A DNA stretch of 64,000 nt from Eledone cirrhosa (GCA_964016885.1 OZ024761.1:28830001-28894000), one strand, 5' to 3'. Positions 40,059 to 53,469 are shown, counted from the stretch's first letter. The notes: a model not told the origin generated them from the letters alone. Translations and numbers: made by a program.

Positions 40059-40088
40059 TTGTGCTGGTAAAGGAAGACAGTTATTGAT
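40059..40088 (-). CDS. Candidate 30-nt microexon (INNCLPLPAQ if phase 0)
   Basis: Long pyrimidine tract + ccaacAG acceptor; GTAAGG donor; length divisible by 3. Confidence 0.3.
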
Positions 40089-41388
40089 CTGTTGGTGAGA
40101 GAGAGAGGGAGGGGTGATGGGAGTTAGGTGGAAGGGGGGGTGGATATGGGGGGAGATAGGGGAAGATAGGGAGAGGTAGGGAGACTGACTGGAAGAAAGG
40201 GGAAGATGAGAAAGAGGGAAAGTGGGAGGGAGAGAGAGAGACTAAGAGAAAGAGTGAGTGAGAGAGGGGGTAGAGAGAGGTAGAAAGAAAGAGCGGTAGG
40301 GAAGATGGGAAAGAGAGGGAGAGGGGATGAGTAGAAAGAGGGAAAGACGGTGATAGGGAGAGCGGAAAAGAGAGAGGAAGAGACAGAGGGAATGACTGAA
40401 AGAAAGAGAGAAGGGGAAGAGGAAAAAGAGAGAGGGAAGAGAGAGAGAGAAAGGAGGAGGAAGAAAAACACCGATAGAGAGACAGGCAGCGAGAGAGAGA
40501 GGGTGGGAGAAAGGAAAGAGAGAGAGAGAGGGGAAGAGGAGGAAGGGAGAGACGGCACCAGAGAGACTGACTAAGAGAGGGGGAAAGAGAAAAGGGAAGA
40601 GAGAGACAGTGATAGAGAGACTGACTGAAAGAGAGAAGGGAAGAAGAAAGAGAGACAGAAAGAGAGAAGAGGGAAGAAGAGAGATAGACAAAGAGAGAGA
40701 GAGGATGAAAGAGGGGGAAGGTGGTGAAAAGAGAGAGGGGGAAGAAGTGGAAAAGTGAGAGAGGGTGAAAAAGGGAAAAGGGAAAACGAAAGAGAGAGAG
40801 AGAGAGAGAGAGAAGGGGATAGGAAAAAGAGACAGAAAGAGAGGAGGGAAGATGAGGAAATGGGAGAAAGTCAGAAGGGGGAGAGAGAGAGAGAGAGAGA
40901 AGATGGGGAAATGAGAGAGGAGGAAGAGTGGAAAAGAGAGACAGAGAGAGGAGGAAAGATGCAGAAAAAAGAGAGAGAGGGAGGGAAAGAAGGGAAAAGA
41001 GGGAGAGAGAGGGGGGAAAAGGCAAAAGTGAGAGAGAAAGAAGGGAAAAGAGAAAGAGGAAAAAGGGCAAAAGTGAGAGAGAAAGAGGGGAAAAGAGAGA
41101 GAGGGGGAAAAGGCAAGAGTGAGAGAGACAGTGTTAGAGAGACTGAAGAAAGGGAGAAAGAGTAAGACAGACAGACAAACAGACATTATCTCACTGCCGC
41201 TGTCACGTAGAAACATGGCTGAGACATTGCTTTATACAACAAGTAACACCTATTACTTACAGACAGACATATATATATATATATATATACTTACAGACAG
41301 ACATATATATATATATATATACATACATACAGACATACATACATATATACATATTTATATACACACACAGAGAGATATACATATTTAT

Positions 41389-41444
<56 letters not shown>

Positions 41445-41467
41445 ATGTATATATATATATATATATG

Positions 41468-41540
41468 GCAGCGATAGTGAGGGACAGAGACCGCTGGAGA
41501 GAACTCGTCCATGGATCTCGGGAATTTTACCCGCCTTAGA
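41468..41540 (+). mobile_element. RTE-like 3' end fragment
   Basis: Encodes AAIVRDRDRWRELV, similar to the RTE C-terminal DR..WR motif. Confidence 0.45.
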
Positions 41541-41924
41541 TAGATATATATTATGTATTGTGTATACATACACATGTACACATTTATATGTGTATATATA
41601 TATATATATACAGATGTACCGCGCGGTTAAACCACTGGGTGTGATGGACCTCTAGCCTTTATCAAGGCATTCTTCTATAAGAGGGCAACTCAGGAAACTG
41701 GGATAACTCCGATATAAAACCTGCGGCTCAGTAGTTACCGATGTTGTTGATCTTTTCTTCTTATCAGGTTATAGCTACTGTCGCTCAGAGAGTGGGATTG
41801 GCTCAGTGCACAGTCTTTCCTCCCACTTTAAAAAATATCTTCATGCACAGGCATTGCACGATAGAATTAATTAATAATGGTATATCGTGCATTGGCCATA
41901 CTCGATAACGAGGGGGCAGTCATC

Positions 41925-41962
<38 letters not shown>

Positions 41963-42044
41963 ATTTATATATATATAAAAGCACACACACAGAAACAAAC
42001 ACACATACATGTGTGTGTGTACGAGCGGTGTGTATATATGTGTG

Positions 42045-42126
<82 letters not shown>

Positions 42127-42322
42127 ATCCCTTTTCCTCTTTACACACACTCACAGCAGCCGTACACACACGCAATTCCTTTCTCTCCATCCATACACAT
42201 ACAGAAACGAACACACATACACACATACAGCCAAACCATTTTTCTTTCTAGTTACACACACTTACACACACACTCACACACACACCACACACACACGCGC
42301 ATACATAGGCAATCTCTCTTTA

Positions 42323-42500
42323 CGCAGAATCGGTAGAGCATCGGACAGCTTGCGTTGTGGAATTCAGTTCCGTCCCTTTATGTTCTGAGTTCAAATCTCG
42401 CCGAGGTTAGCTTTGCCCTTCATCCTTACAGGGTCGATAAAATAAAGTACCAGTAATGCACTGAGGTAATTACTGGCCTTGTGTCAAAAGTAGAAAAAAT
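42323..42500 (+). mobile_element. tRNA-derived SINE (Meta-like core)
   Basis: Same family as 6152. Confidence 0.85.
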
Positions 42501-42535
42501 TATTATTATATTAAAATCAGTTTGACTTATATATA

Positions 42536-42661
42536 TGATTTCTCCCGAATGAAACAGTTCTAGTCCTGTACAAGCCATTTCTATATTAAATATTTATACT
42601 CTGCTATGTATTGAGTACCTTACTTACTGCGGTTACCCCCGATTGAACCCGGGATAAACTT
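42536..42661 (+). mobile_element. Family A copy truncated within the hammerhead core
   Basis: Starts atgatttctcccgaatGAAA...; complete tail. Confidence 0.8.
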
Positions 42662-42679
42662 ATATATATATATATGTAT

Positions 42680-43018
42680 TATTAATTCAAAATATTAACA
42701 AAATAGATATTCTTGTGATCAATTATATTTTATTATACATATTTCAGAGGTACTGAGTTAAGTTCAACAATACGTCCTCATCAGATAAAATAAAATGATA
42801 CATGACATACCCTGACATAGTAGATGGTTAAGATTCAATCAAGGTAGTGATCACTACCTCTGAAATATGTATAATAAAATATAATTGATCACAAGAATAT
42901 CTATTTTGTTAATATTTTGAATTAATATTAATAACTCTAGAAAACATTTCCAGTTGAGTGCTTCCAATCTATTGTAAAACTCATGCATTGATGTATTCAT
43001 TGAACCTTGTTTAAATCT

Positions 43019-43021
<3 letters not shown>
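42680..43021. mobile_element. Penelope-like mini-element with inverted repeat 42680-42752 / 42855-42927
   Basis: 73-bp inverted arms; actc..gagtgc tail; flanked by (TA)n. Confidence 0.7.
42726..42792 (-). ncRNA. Minimal hammerhead ribozyme
   Basis: tattttat-CTGATGA-ggacgtattg..cagtacctct-GAAA-tatgta-TA-ataaaata; related to 16421. Confidence 0.75.
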
Positions 43022-43074
<53 letters not shown>

Positions 43075-43766
43075 GGGTGATTGAAAAGTAACTCCCTATT
43101 ATAAAATTCTTATAATTTATTTCTTAACTATAATTTCTACAAGAAATAAAATGAGAAAAAAGCGTATAGCATGGAGTTTTATTTAACATTCTATATGGGC
43201 ACCAGCATTCGCCACCCCCACCCCCGGAACCGCATCAACTGATTTCACCAAGAACTCTTGTGGGATGGAAGACATACTTTCTCGTATTCGCCCTCCAAGT
43301 TCTTCGAAAGTTGTTGGTTTGGTAGAGGAGACTCCTTCTTCCTCCCGTTTGACCTGTGCTGAATTCCTTCCTTGCTCATATTTCGACTAGGTTTGATGGT
43401 CTTTATTCTCTCTCGTTCACGATTTCACCGAACTTATATTCATGGAAATCTGGGACTTGACTCTTTCTTCCTCACTTTTCGTTGCTTTACCATCGTTGTT
43501 TGTTTACACTCTCGCTCGTCCCTCTTATTTACGTGTCCCAACGACTTTCTTTAGCCGTTGCTAGCACCAACCGGAGGTATATGGTCTTTAAAGCGATGAA
43601 ATACCAATGATGGTTGGAAGATCACTGATGAAGGACTAACTTTATTCATATATATATATATATACAGTATATCTGTGTGTGGGTAAAAGGTAAACAGAAA
43701 TAACATAATCGGTACAGTATATGGAAGGTATATATTAGGTTAACGCTTGAAATAGCAGGAAGAGGG

Positions 43767-43802
43767 TCTTAACGTTTCGGACGCTAGTCCTACATCAGAA
43801 GA
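43767..43802 (-). ncRNA. Minimal hammerhead with one core substitution
   Basis: tctt-CTGATGT-a-ggac tagc gtcc-GAAA-cg-TT-aaga; truncated relative at 27775-27852. Confidence 0.55.
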
Positions 43803-46119
43803 AAGAATGAGAAATAAGATAGATTGAAGAGACGGGCGAGGTGAAAAAAAATGTCTTTAGATAAAAGAATAACAGGTCTATAAGAGACAGGACCCCGACG
43901 GCTGAGCTCCGGCCGTTTCTCCACCATTAACACCAACACCACAACTACCCCACCACCAGCACAACTGGCCCACTACCACCACTTCACCTCACCACCACTT
44001 CACCATCACAACCACCCCACCAACACCTCCACTCAACGCAACCACCACCACTTCACCATTATCCCCACCACCACAACACCACAACTACCACAACCACCCC
44101 ACCAACAGCTCAACTAGCTCACCATCACCACAACCACAACAACACAACCAACCCACCACAACCATTCCAACACCACCACAACCACCACCACAACCACCAC
44201 CACTCCAACACCACCACCACCCCACCACAACACCAACACCACTTCACCCCCACCCCCACCATAACCAACCCAGCACAACCACTCCAACACCCCCCACCCC
44301 ACCACCACCACCACAATCACTCCAACACCACCACTACCACCACCCTACCAACACCACTACTACCATTACCCCCCCCCCCACAACCCTCCCACCACCACAA
44401 CCACTCCAACACCACCACAAAGAACCCAGCACAACCACCACCACTCCAACACCACCACAACCACCACCACCACCACAACCTCCACCACAAACAACCCAAC
44501 ACAACCACCACCACAACCACTCCAACACCACCACAACCACCACCACTCCAACACCACCACAACCACCACCACAACCACTCCAACACCACCACAACCACCA
44601 CCACCACAAACAACCCACCACAACCACCACCACCCTCACCCTACCACCACAACCACCACCACCCTCACCCTACCAACACAACCACCACCGCCCTCACCCT
44701 ACCAACACAACCACCACCACCCTCACCCTACCAACACAACCACCACCACCATAACCCTACCACCACAACCACCACCACCCTCACCCTACCAACACAACCA
44801 CCACCACCCTCACCCTACCAACACAACCACCACCACCCTCACCCTACCAACACAACCACCACCACCCTCACCCTACCAACACAACCACCACCACCACCCG
44901 GGATAATAAATTGGGTAGATGACACAGTGAACAATATTTTGTTGTAACGATATTTTTGTTAAACCAGGCGGTGGTTTAGTTAAGAAATCCTATTTACATT
45001 CTTGGGGGGGTCATATTCTCCTACCCCCACCCCCACCCCGGGGCCACGCCCTACGACGACAGAGCCAGCTTTATACTTTGCCTTTCATCCTTCCGGGAAT
45101 CGATAAAATAAAGTATGAATCAATCAGTCAGTCAAGTGCTGAGGTCGATTCAATCGACTTTGAAATCAATATTTAAACAACATTATCTTTTATTTTGAAA
45201 ACGAAAAAAAAAAACGAAACAAAACAAAAAAAAACACCAGAAACTTTTCCTCTGCTGTTGTTGTTGTTGTTGTTTAGCCCCAGGTCAGTTTAGATCGAAC
45301 CAGCCCTGCACTGTGTGTGCGTGTGGGTGTGTGTCTGTGAATGTATGTGCGTGTGTGTGTATATAGGTGTTTGTGTATGTGTATGTATATGTGTGTGTAT
45401 GTATATGTGTGTGTATGTATGTATGTAGATAGATTGACAGATAGATATACAGATAAATAGATAGTAGATAGACAGACACACAACTAGAGAGAGAGATAGA
45501 TATGTTTTTTTATTAGCCACAGGGGCACAAAAGAATGGGACAAATACGAAGTTGGAGTTCATTTATGTTTATTGCCTCTGTGGCAAATCACTGAGGCAAT
45601 AAACATAAATGAACTCCAACCAAAATTAAATAGAAAACATGAATGGAACAGCAACATCACAACTTACAATTAAGGACAATATGAAAACACACACGCACAT
45701 AGAACAAACAACCAACCAGTAACATGTAAATAAACAAATAAATAAACAAATATAAACACACACAGACACCCGGATGTAACACATGCGCAAACTAAGCATA
45801 CAACACACACAAAAACAAGATGGCGTAGGACAGAACAAAGGAGAGGCACAAAAACAAAGAAAAGAATCCCCAGTCACTGAAGAGGTCACATAATGCGTGA
45901 CTAAAGAACTTTGACAATATATAAACAATCATATGTTTGTGGAACCAACCAACCAGAAATTTATAAATTCCTAAATTTATAAATTTATTATAATAAATTG
46001 AAGTGAAAGCAACTGGTGCGTGTGTTTCTTATTGGCAACATGACCCTCCCAAAGTATAACAATATCGGTTTCAACACACGTTTTCAGATAAAGAATCTTG
46101 CTAAACAAATTCAGAAACG

Positions 46120-46137
46120 AAATATATATATATATAA

Positions 46138-46200
<63 letters not shown>

Positions 46201-46229
46201 TATATATAAGTATATATAAGTATATATAA

Positions 46230-46324
<95 letters not shown>

Positions 46325-46333
46325 TATATATAA

Positions 46334-46380
<47 letters not shown>

Positions 46381-46389
46381 TATATATAA

Positions 46390-46436
<47 letters not shown>

Positions 46437-46437
46437 A

Positions 46438-46504
<67 letters not shown>

Positions 46505-46513
46505 TATATATAA

Positions 46514-46566
<53 letters not shown>

Positions 46567-46567
46567 A

Positions 46568-46624
<57 letters not shown>

Positions 46625-46644
46625 TATATATAAGTATATATAAG

Positions 46645-46694
<50 letters not shown>

Positions 46695-46754
46695 TATATA
46701 TATATATATAAGTATATATATATATATAAGTATGTATATATATATATATATAAG

Positions 46755-46786
<32 letters not shown>

Positions 46787-46958
46787 AGTATATATATGTA
46801 TATATATATAAGTATATATATGTATATATATATATATATAAGCATATATATGTATATATATATAAGTATATATATGTATATATATATATATATATAAGTA
46901 TATATATATATATAAGTATATATATATATATAAGTATGTATATATATATATATATAAG

Positions 46959-46990
<32 letters not shown>

Positions 46991-47169
46991 AGTATATATA
47001 TGTATATATATATAAGTATATATATGTATATATATATATATATATAAGCATATATATGTATATATATAAGCATATATATGTATATATATATAAGTATATA
47101 TATGTATATATATATATATATATAAGCATATATATGTATATATATATGTATATATATATATATATATAA

Positions 47170-47218
<49 letters not shown>

Positions 47219-47227
47219 TATATATAA

Positions 47228-47286
<59 letters not shown>

Positions 47287-47310
47287 TATATATATGTATA
47301 TATATATAGA
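46120..47310. repeat. 1.2-kb degenerate (TA)n tract
   Basis: Direct inspection. Confidence 0.95.
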
Positions 47311-47907
47311 GAGAGAAAAGATGAATATAAAATGAAAGTGCTTTTTTTAAAAAGGAATTTATTAGGTATTGACATATGTTTCTGTAACAGACGGAATACC
47401 TATGTATCGCTCCTTGCGTAATCATATAATGTTAGCAAGTATTCGATAGCAAATGTATAATCAGTTGTCACTTCTTCAGAGATTTTGGATAAATTGGATA
47501 AAATCAGAAAAATTGAAGTATTTATATTAGTAATAGAGGAAGAAGAGAGGGATAGTATATGACAGATGGTAATTCAATTTACTGCTAAACAAGTATATAA
47601 AGGGTTTCTAATGAGAATACCATGAGTAAATGGTTCATTTTATCTAAATAAGTATTTTGGGGAGTGCCAATTTTAATCTCTACTTGACCAATTGGACAGT
47701 GGACAGGGCTGGTCATTTGGTGTAGTAGTATTAATTATAAAGTGTCAATTGGAGAAGGGGGAGATTTCGATTGCTACTGAATAACATCAATGTTAGTAGC
47801 CAGCTGGTATGTGCATTAGGGAATTGAATTAAGAAATCAGAAATCTCATTTTATCTATAGCAGTTTATATTAAATGGTAAATAATAGAAGAGTTGATAGA
47901 ATTAAGA

Positions 47908-49192
47908 CTAATAGAGAATGTTAATATCTATTTTGACAACCAAACGGAGATAGAGACGGGCGTTCAATCCTGGTGGTATTTTTAAGCGATGGTTACAGTA
48001 TAACGATCGCTCTATTCTGTTATTTAATAAAATATTTTTGGATTTCATAATACAAAATAATTCTACATTACATAATTTACAAAATTCCTGTCCGTGGGAT
48101 ATGGGGGGGCAGTCACTATTATATCCCATTTAAGGTGAAATTGTTGGTTATTTTCACGCAGCTGCCAAGCCTTGTCTGCGAGTGTTGTTACATAACGCTG
48201 GTTTTCATGTTTTATCGAGTAACGATGTCTATAAAGGCGTGATTTGAAGGAGGTGGCTGTAGATCCCACATAGTACCACTTCTGTCTATCCGATTCGATA
48301 GTACATTTGTATACGATGTTGCGTTCAAGACACTGATTGTTCAACGGACACATTCCTGGTTGGACACAGTTGCAATTATAATTTTGCGTTGTTGTATTGT
48401 CATGGATGGGTTGATGAGGTTGCTTAGGTAGGACAGGATGTTGTTTGTTGTTTTGTGATGTTATAGCTAATGTTTTACGTGTATTGTTATGTGTTGGAAG
48501 GCGTTTATACAACCGTTTTGCGTTAAGCTTTTTTTATATGTTGTTCAATATTAGGGGCGGTTGAATATGAAAGTCGAATAGTGTTAGGGTTTAAGATTTT
48601 ATTATATTTATGTGATGTTGGAAAGTGTTTTTTAACTAATCGAAAGAATTGTGAGGGTAGATTGGTTTTAATAGAGTTGTTATAGACCGGGTTGTACCAG
48701 ATATACTCTTTACATCGCCTTCTGTTTGGTGGTGTGCGACTATTATTGTGTCTATTGCGGTAGTGTATGTATGGTGGTGATTCTGTGCTATTTCTACTCC
48801 TATGGGATTTATTTTGGGTGTTTTGGTGATCTTCGACTGTATACTCTAAATTATCTAGGTGTCCGGCTTTTCTAAGTGCATCATCATAATATTCGGCATG
48901 TTCTTTGAAGGTTTGTTGGTTGGACGACAGGCGGCAGATTCTAAGAGAAACATTTCTAGGGATGGATTTAATTATAGAGAGTGGATGGTTAGAACTCGTA
49001 TTTACATATTTAAGGTTCTCATTTAGTTTATGGAACAGTTTAATCGTATCTGTATTGAGATTCAAAGTAACATCAAGGAAATTGACCTCTTTGAGGTTAT
49101 ATTCAAATGTAATATTTAATCCTAGTTCCTTAAAAAGCTTTCTGATATTTTTACGCATCCTTTCTAAATTCAGGTTATTCATATGCTTAACT
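47908..49192 (-). pseudogene. RT palm/thumb, Cys knuckle and GIY-YIG endonuclease, two frameshifts
   Basis: VNFLDVTLNL, SNHP, WYNPVY, CNC-x5-CPL-x3-C, IVY...YVG, CKLC, LLN..E...CNH. Confidence 0.9.
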
Positions 49193-49332
49193 AATTTATC
49201 CAAAATCTCTGAAGAAGTGACAACTGATTATACATTTGCTATCGAATACTTGCTAACATTATATGATTACGCAAGCAGCGATACATAGGTATTCCGTCTG
49301 TTACAGAAACATATGTCAATACCTAATAAATT
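49193..49332 (+). ncRNA. Hammerhead-like motif with about 90-nt stem II (mirror copy 47356-47495, -)
   Basis: CTGAAGA 49209-49215, GAAA-catatg-TC 49306-49317; core-proximal stem I weak. Confidence 0.5.
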
Positions 49333-49482
49333 CCTTTTTAAAAAAAGCACTTTCATTTTATATTCATCTTTTCTACATTTTCTCCGGAATATAATTTATA
49401 CTCGTTGAGCAAACCTGCACGTACGCTGTTCATCTCTAACGTAACGATATATTATCACTACATTATTGATAACCTGAAATTT

Positions 49483-49543
<61 letters not shown>

Positions 49544-49621
49544 TTATATATATTCGGCAATATATATATATATATAGTGACGAAACATAAGTCAATTGCA
49601 TTAACTCATAATCCTTTATTT

Positions 49622-49677
49622 ACTGCTATATATATTTCGATGATAGTCATTGAATGGCTATGACCTCATCAGGCAGT
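49622..49677 (-). ncRNA. Minimal hammerhead ribozyme in (TA)n-flanked insert 49577-49741
   Basis: actgc-CTGATGA-ggtcatagccat tca atgactatcatc-GAAA-tatata-TA-gcagt. Confidence 0.8.
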
Positions 49678-49736
49678 TAGTCAGTTCTTAGATATGCCAG
49701 CTCTGTGTTTATAGTGTTGATGGTATCAGAGCCTTG

Positions 49737-49793
<57 letters not shown>

Positions 49794-49820
49794 CACACAC
49801 ACACACACATGTGACCAGAC

Positions 49821-50316
49821 CAGTGCCAGATTTAGGATAAATGAGGCCCTGAGCTAGTTAAGTTATGAGGCCCCTTACTTGGGCCCTGAAGGAAGTAAAC
49901 ATTTTTTGCGGGGCAGAAAGATGCCCACTCCACATTCCCGGCCAACTCCCGGCCTGTGCTTAACTACACCTATAATGATAAATCCAGCACTGGTTCGAAC
50001 CTGGTGTATATGCAGGACCAGCACCAGACTATTTGGGACCCTAGGCAAGGTTAGATTCTGGCGCCCCCAGCACCCACACACCGACCACCAAGGAAAATAT
50101 CAATTTCAAAATTTATAAACAATAACATTTTTTTTTTTAAATGTTTTTCAACATTTATTTTTCCCTGTATGAAATAAACCAGGATAAAAAACGACCCTCA
50201 ATAAAACTGCAATTTATTCATTTATTTTTCAAAATAGTTGTATGAAGAAATCCCTGCCATGAAATCAGCGCCCTAGGCGGCTGCCTAGTTTTCCTTGTAT
50301 GGTAGCACCGGCCTTG
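49821..50316. mobile_element. Two adjacent hAT-like MITEs (49821-49992, 50012-50316)
   Basis: TIRs CAGTGCCAGATTTA/TAAATCCAGCACTG and CAGGACCAGCAC/GCACCGGCCTTG. Confidence 0.55.
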
Positions 50317-50344
50317 TGTGTATATATATATATATATATATTTA

Positions 50345-51138
50345 TATGTGTAACAATTCCAGCTTCTATCACAATTGCAATTGTAACCTAAGCAAACATG
50401 AAAGAACAGCCGAACTCCAACTGTCATTGCCTCCATCTTTCTGGCCCTCCCCCATCTCTCCGTATGGTGAGAAAATGGGATCGTCCCACGTGCTGGCCTC
50501 CCCACAACTCCGGCGGACAGAATGGAGAAGGCGTTTCCCTGGAAGATGACAAGGGAGATGCGCTGGAAGAGCCATTCCAACTCGCGAGGCTCACACCTGC
50601 GGCTGGCCAGCTCAGCGCCTATGTTGGTGAGTAGGGAGGTAGCCCTAGGGCCAGGGGCTTCGTTTGCCTTAAAAATGTGAGGGGGACAAACCAACATCTG
50701 TTGATTCTTAAAGGAGCATGTTAGTATTGCTTATGGTGCCTTTCCCGGACCCTATCACATAAGTAAAATTTTACACTAATTAAATTTTATATATTTAAAT
50801 GAAGTTCAGATATAAAAAAAATAAGCTTAAAAAGAATTTATTATATCAAATAAACAAAAAATAAAATATCGACGTTTGAAAAAGTGTGTGGGGGGTGGGA
50901 GGACTTGTCTCCCGGTACCCCCCTGAAACAGGCCCTTGCCTAGGGCCAAGGACACCAGAAGTCTCCCCTGCCAAGGGTACGACCGCAAACCTGTCGAAGA
51001 GCGACCGTACGATTAATGTACATGTTATGTTTATCGCATCAGCGCCTATGGTGGTGAGTAAGGAGGTAGCCCTAGGGCCAAGGGCACCAGATGTCTCCCC
51101 TGCCAAGGGTACGACCGCAAACCTGTCGGAGAGCGACC
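50345..51138 (-). mobile_element. CRE-clade non-LTR retrotransposon 3' fragments (restriction-like endonuclease C-terminus)
   Basis: FAVVPLAGETSGVLGPRATSLL..IG...RELEWLFQRISLVIFQGNAFSIL. Confidence 0.75.
50652..50938. mobile_element. hAT MITE nested in the CRE fragment
   Basis: CAGGGGC...GCCCTTG ends; perfect 8-bp TSD cctagggc at 50644-50651 and 50939-50946. Confidence 0.8.
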
Positions 51139-51339
51139 AGTTTATTTACAGTTTATTTACAGCACCACATCTTACAGTTAACTCATTTACTTTCTCATGT
51201 ATATACGGTCACACAGACAAAGAATTTGCACACACGAACCAGTAATAATATACACACGTACACACAGGCACAGTAGGTTATCTCGACGTTTGTGTACACA
51301 CACGCACGTACAGAGAGCTTCAGGCCCGACACACACACA

Positions 51340-51810
51340 CACACAACTACAGGCCCGCGTATGTACACATAGAGAGAAAGGCTCGCACACACACACACAT
51401 ACACACAACTACAGGCCCACGTATGTACACATAGAGAGAAAGGCACACACACAACTACAGGCCCACGTATGTACACAGAGAGAAAGGCTCACACACACAC
51501 AACTACAGGCCCACATATGTACACATAGAGAGAAAGGCTCGCACACACGCACACACACACACACAACTACAGGCCCGTGTATGTACACATAGAGAGAAAG
51601 GCTCGCACACACACACACACAACTACAGGCCCGCGTATGTACACATAGAGAGAAAGGCTCGCACACACAGACACACACACACACAAAACTACAGGCCCGC
51701 GTATGTACACATAGAGAGAAAGGTTCGCGCACGCACACATACACACATGCGCACACATACACACACAAATACAGGCCCGCGTATGTACACATAGAGAGAA
51801 AGGCTCGCAC
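51340..51810. repeat. Minisatellite with variable (CA)n spacer
   Basis: aactacaggcccgcgtatgtacacatagagagaaaggctcgc repeated. Confidence 0.85.
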
Positions 51811-51811
51811 A

Positions 51812-51855
<44 letters not shown>

Positions 51856-52659
51856 GGTGTAGGCCCGCGCACATACACACACATAGACACACACAATTAC
51901 ACAATGAAATGCACAGACACATACACAGAGAGAGAGATTGATGCTCGGACACACACACACACACCACACACACTCATACACAACTATAGGCCCGCGCGCA
52001 CACACACACATAGCTGAACAACGTAATGCACAGTCATAAACAGAGAGAGAGAGAGAGGCTCGAACACACATACACACAGAGCGAAAGGCTCGCACACACA
52101 CACAATTACAGGACCCTGCGCGCGCGCGCACACTACACAATTACAGGACCCAATTACAGGACCCTGCACACACACACACACACACACACACAATTACACA
52201 ACGAAATGCACAAACACATACACATAGAGAGAGCTAGAGGCTCAGACACACACACACACACATATAACTACAAACCCGAGCACACAGACACATAGTTTCA
52301 CAACGTAATCCACAGACACATATACATGGGAACCTCATGTGGCCACTCATTCCATTAAAAATAGCAGCCAGGTTCCCTCTACACTCTAGAAAAGAATGGA
52401 CACTTCTTGCCCCAGGTAATCAAAAAGACAGAGTGGTCGTGGTTGGTACGGCTTTAGTCGTAGGTCTACTCAATCAAAGATGAACAAGAGTTAAACTACA
52501 ACATAATGTAAAATAAAGCAGGATGGTCACGGTTGGAACGTGGTTTACATAAACATCGTTGGCTTGAGACAGAATAACAACTAATCATGCTACACAGTAC
52601 AATATTACACACACACACACACCATATATATCTATGGCAAGACACTTTATTTTAGTCCA

Positions 52660-52895
52660 GTGTCTTGCTTAAGGACACAGTGGACTGGAGCAATGTGAAT
52701 TAAAATGTCTTGCTCAAGGACACAGTAGACGGGAGCAATGTGAAGTAAAGTGTCTTGCTCAAGGACACTGTGGACTGGAGCATGGTTGAATAAAGTGTCT
52801 TGCTCAAGGACACAGTGAACTGGAGCAATGAGAAATGAAGTAGAGTAGTTGGAGTTAAATATTAAACTTATTACCCTAACCACTAAGCCACACCT
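52660..52895 (-). mobile_element. CORE-like SINE with internal tandem expansion of about 45 bp
   Basis: Four copies of gtgtcttgctcaaggacacagtggactggagca; A-box head at about 52875-52893. Confidence 0.6.
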
Positions 52896-52917
52896 GTGTT
52901 GTTTCTTTTTCAAAGAG

Positions 52918-52976
<59 letters not shown>

Positions 52977-52979
<3 letters not shown>

Positions 52980-53182
52980 GAAGTAATTCCGTCGGAAAGG
53001 TACAGGAAAAAAAGAGTGCTCTATGTAGGCTACAGAGCTTATTAGTTATGTAATAATAATATATTTTGTTTTCAAATCCATATTTAATAAAGACACCATC
53101 TTTTATTCATTCTGACGACTGAAAACAGATATATCTGCTTTTAAGAAACCACTTTTAAATGAAATAATTATCTTATGTTACA

Positions 53183-53239
<57 letters not shown>

Positions 53240-53312
53240 TATATATATCTTATAACAGATATATCTGCTTTCAAGAAACCACTGTTAAATGAAATAATTA
53301 TCTTATGTTACA

Positions 53313-53320
<8 letters not shown>
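52977..53320. mobile_element. Penelope-like ends: minus-strand tail plus degenerate plus-strand hammerhead (53104-53168)
   Basis: ttattcatt-CTGACGA-..aacaga tata tctgct..-GAAA-ccacttt-TA-aatgaaataa; tail homologous to 35303-35400; partial second copy at 53255. Confidence 0.6.
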
Positions 53321-53357
<37 letters not shown>

Positions 53358-53469
53358 TTGTTATCTCTTTAAGAAAAATTACAAGAGATATACTGGAAAA
53401 ATTTTATTCTTACAAAATTACTATAATTCTTAATTGGCAAATTAGCTACCAATTAAGTTGTGTTTTGTT

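Larger units (their letters stand above)
47314..49483 (-). mobile_element. 5'-truncated Penelope-like element (Naiad-like) with inverted pseudo-LTR
   Basis: RT C-terminus plus GIY-YIG; inverted repeat 47314-47495 / 49193-49374; flanked by (TA)n. Confidence 0.9.

Noticed and set aside
44630-44900. Telomere-like ACCCTA words
   Set aside because: Part of a 29-bp CA-rich minisatellite, not (TTAGGG)n
48905-49288. Plus-strand 127-aa ORF
   Set aside because: Antisense shadow of the Penelope RT frame
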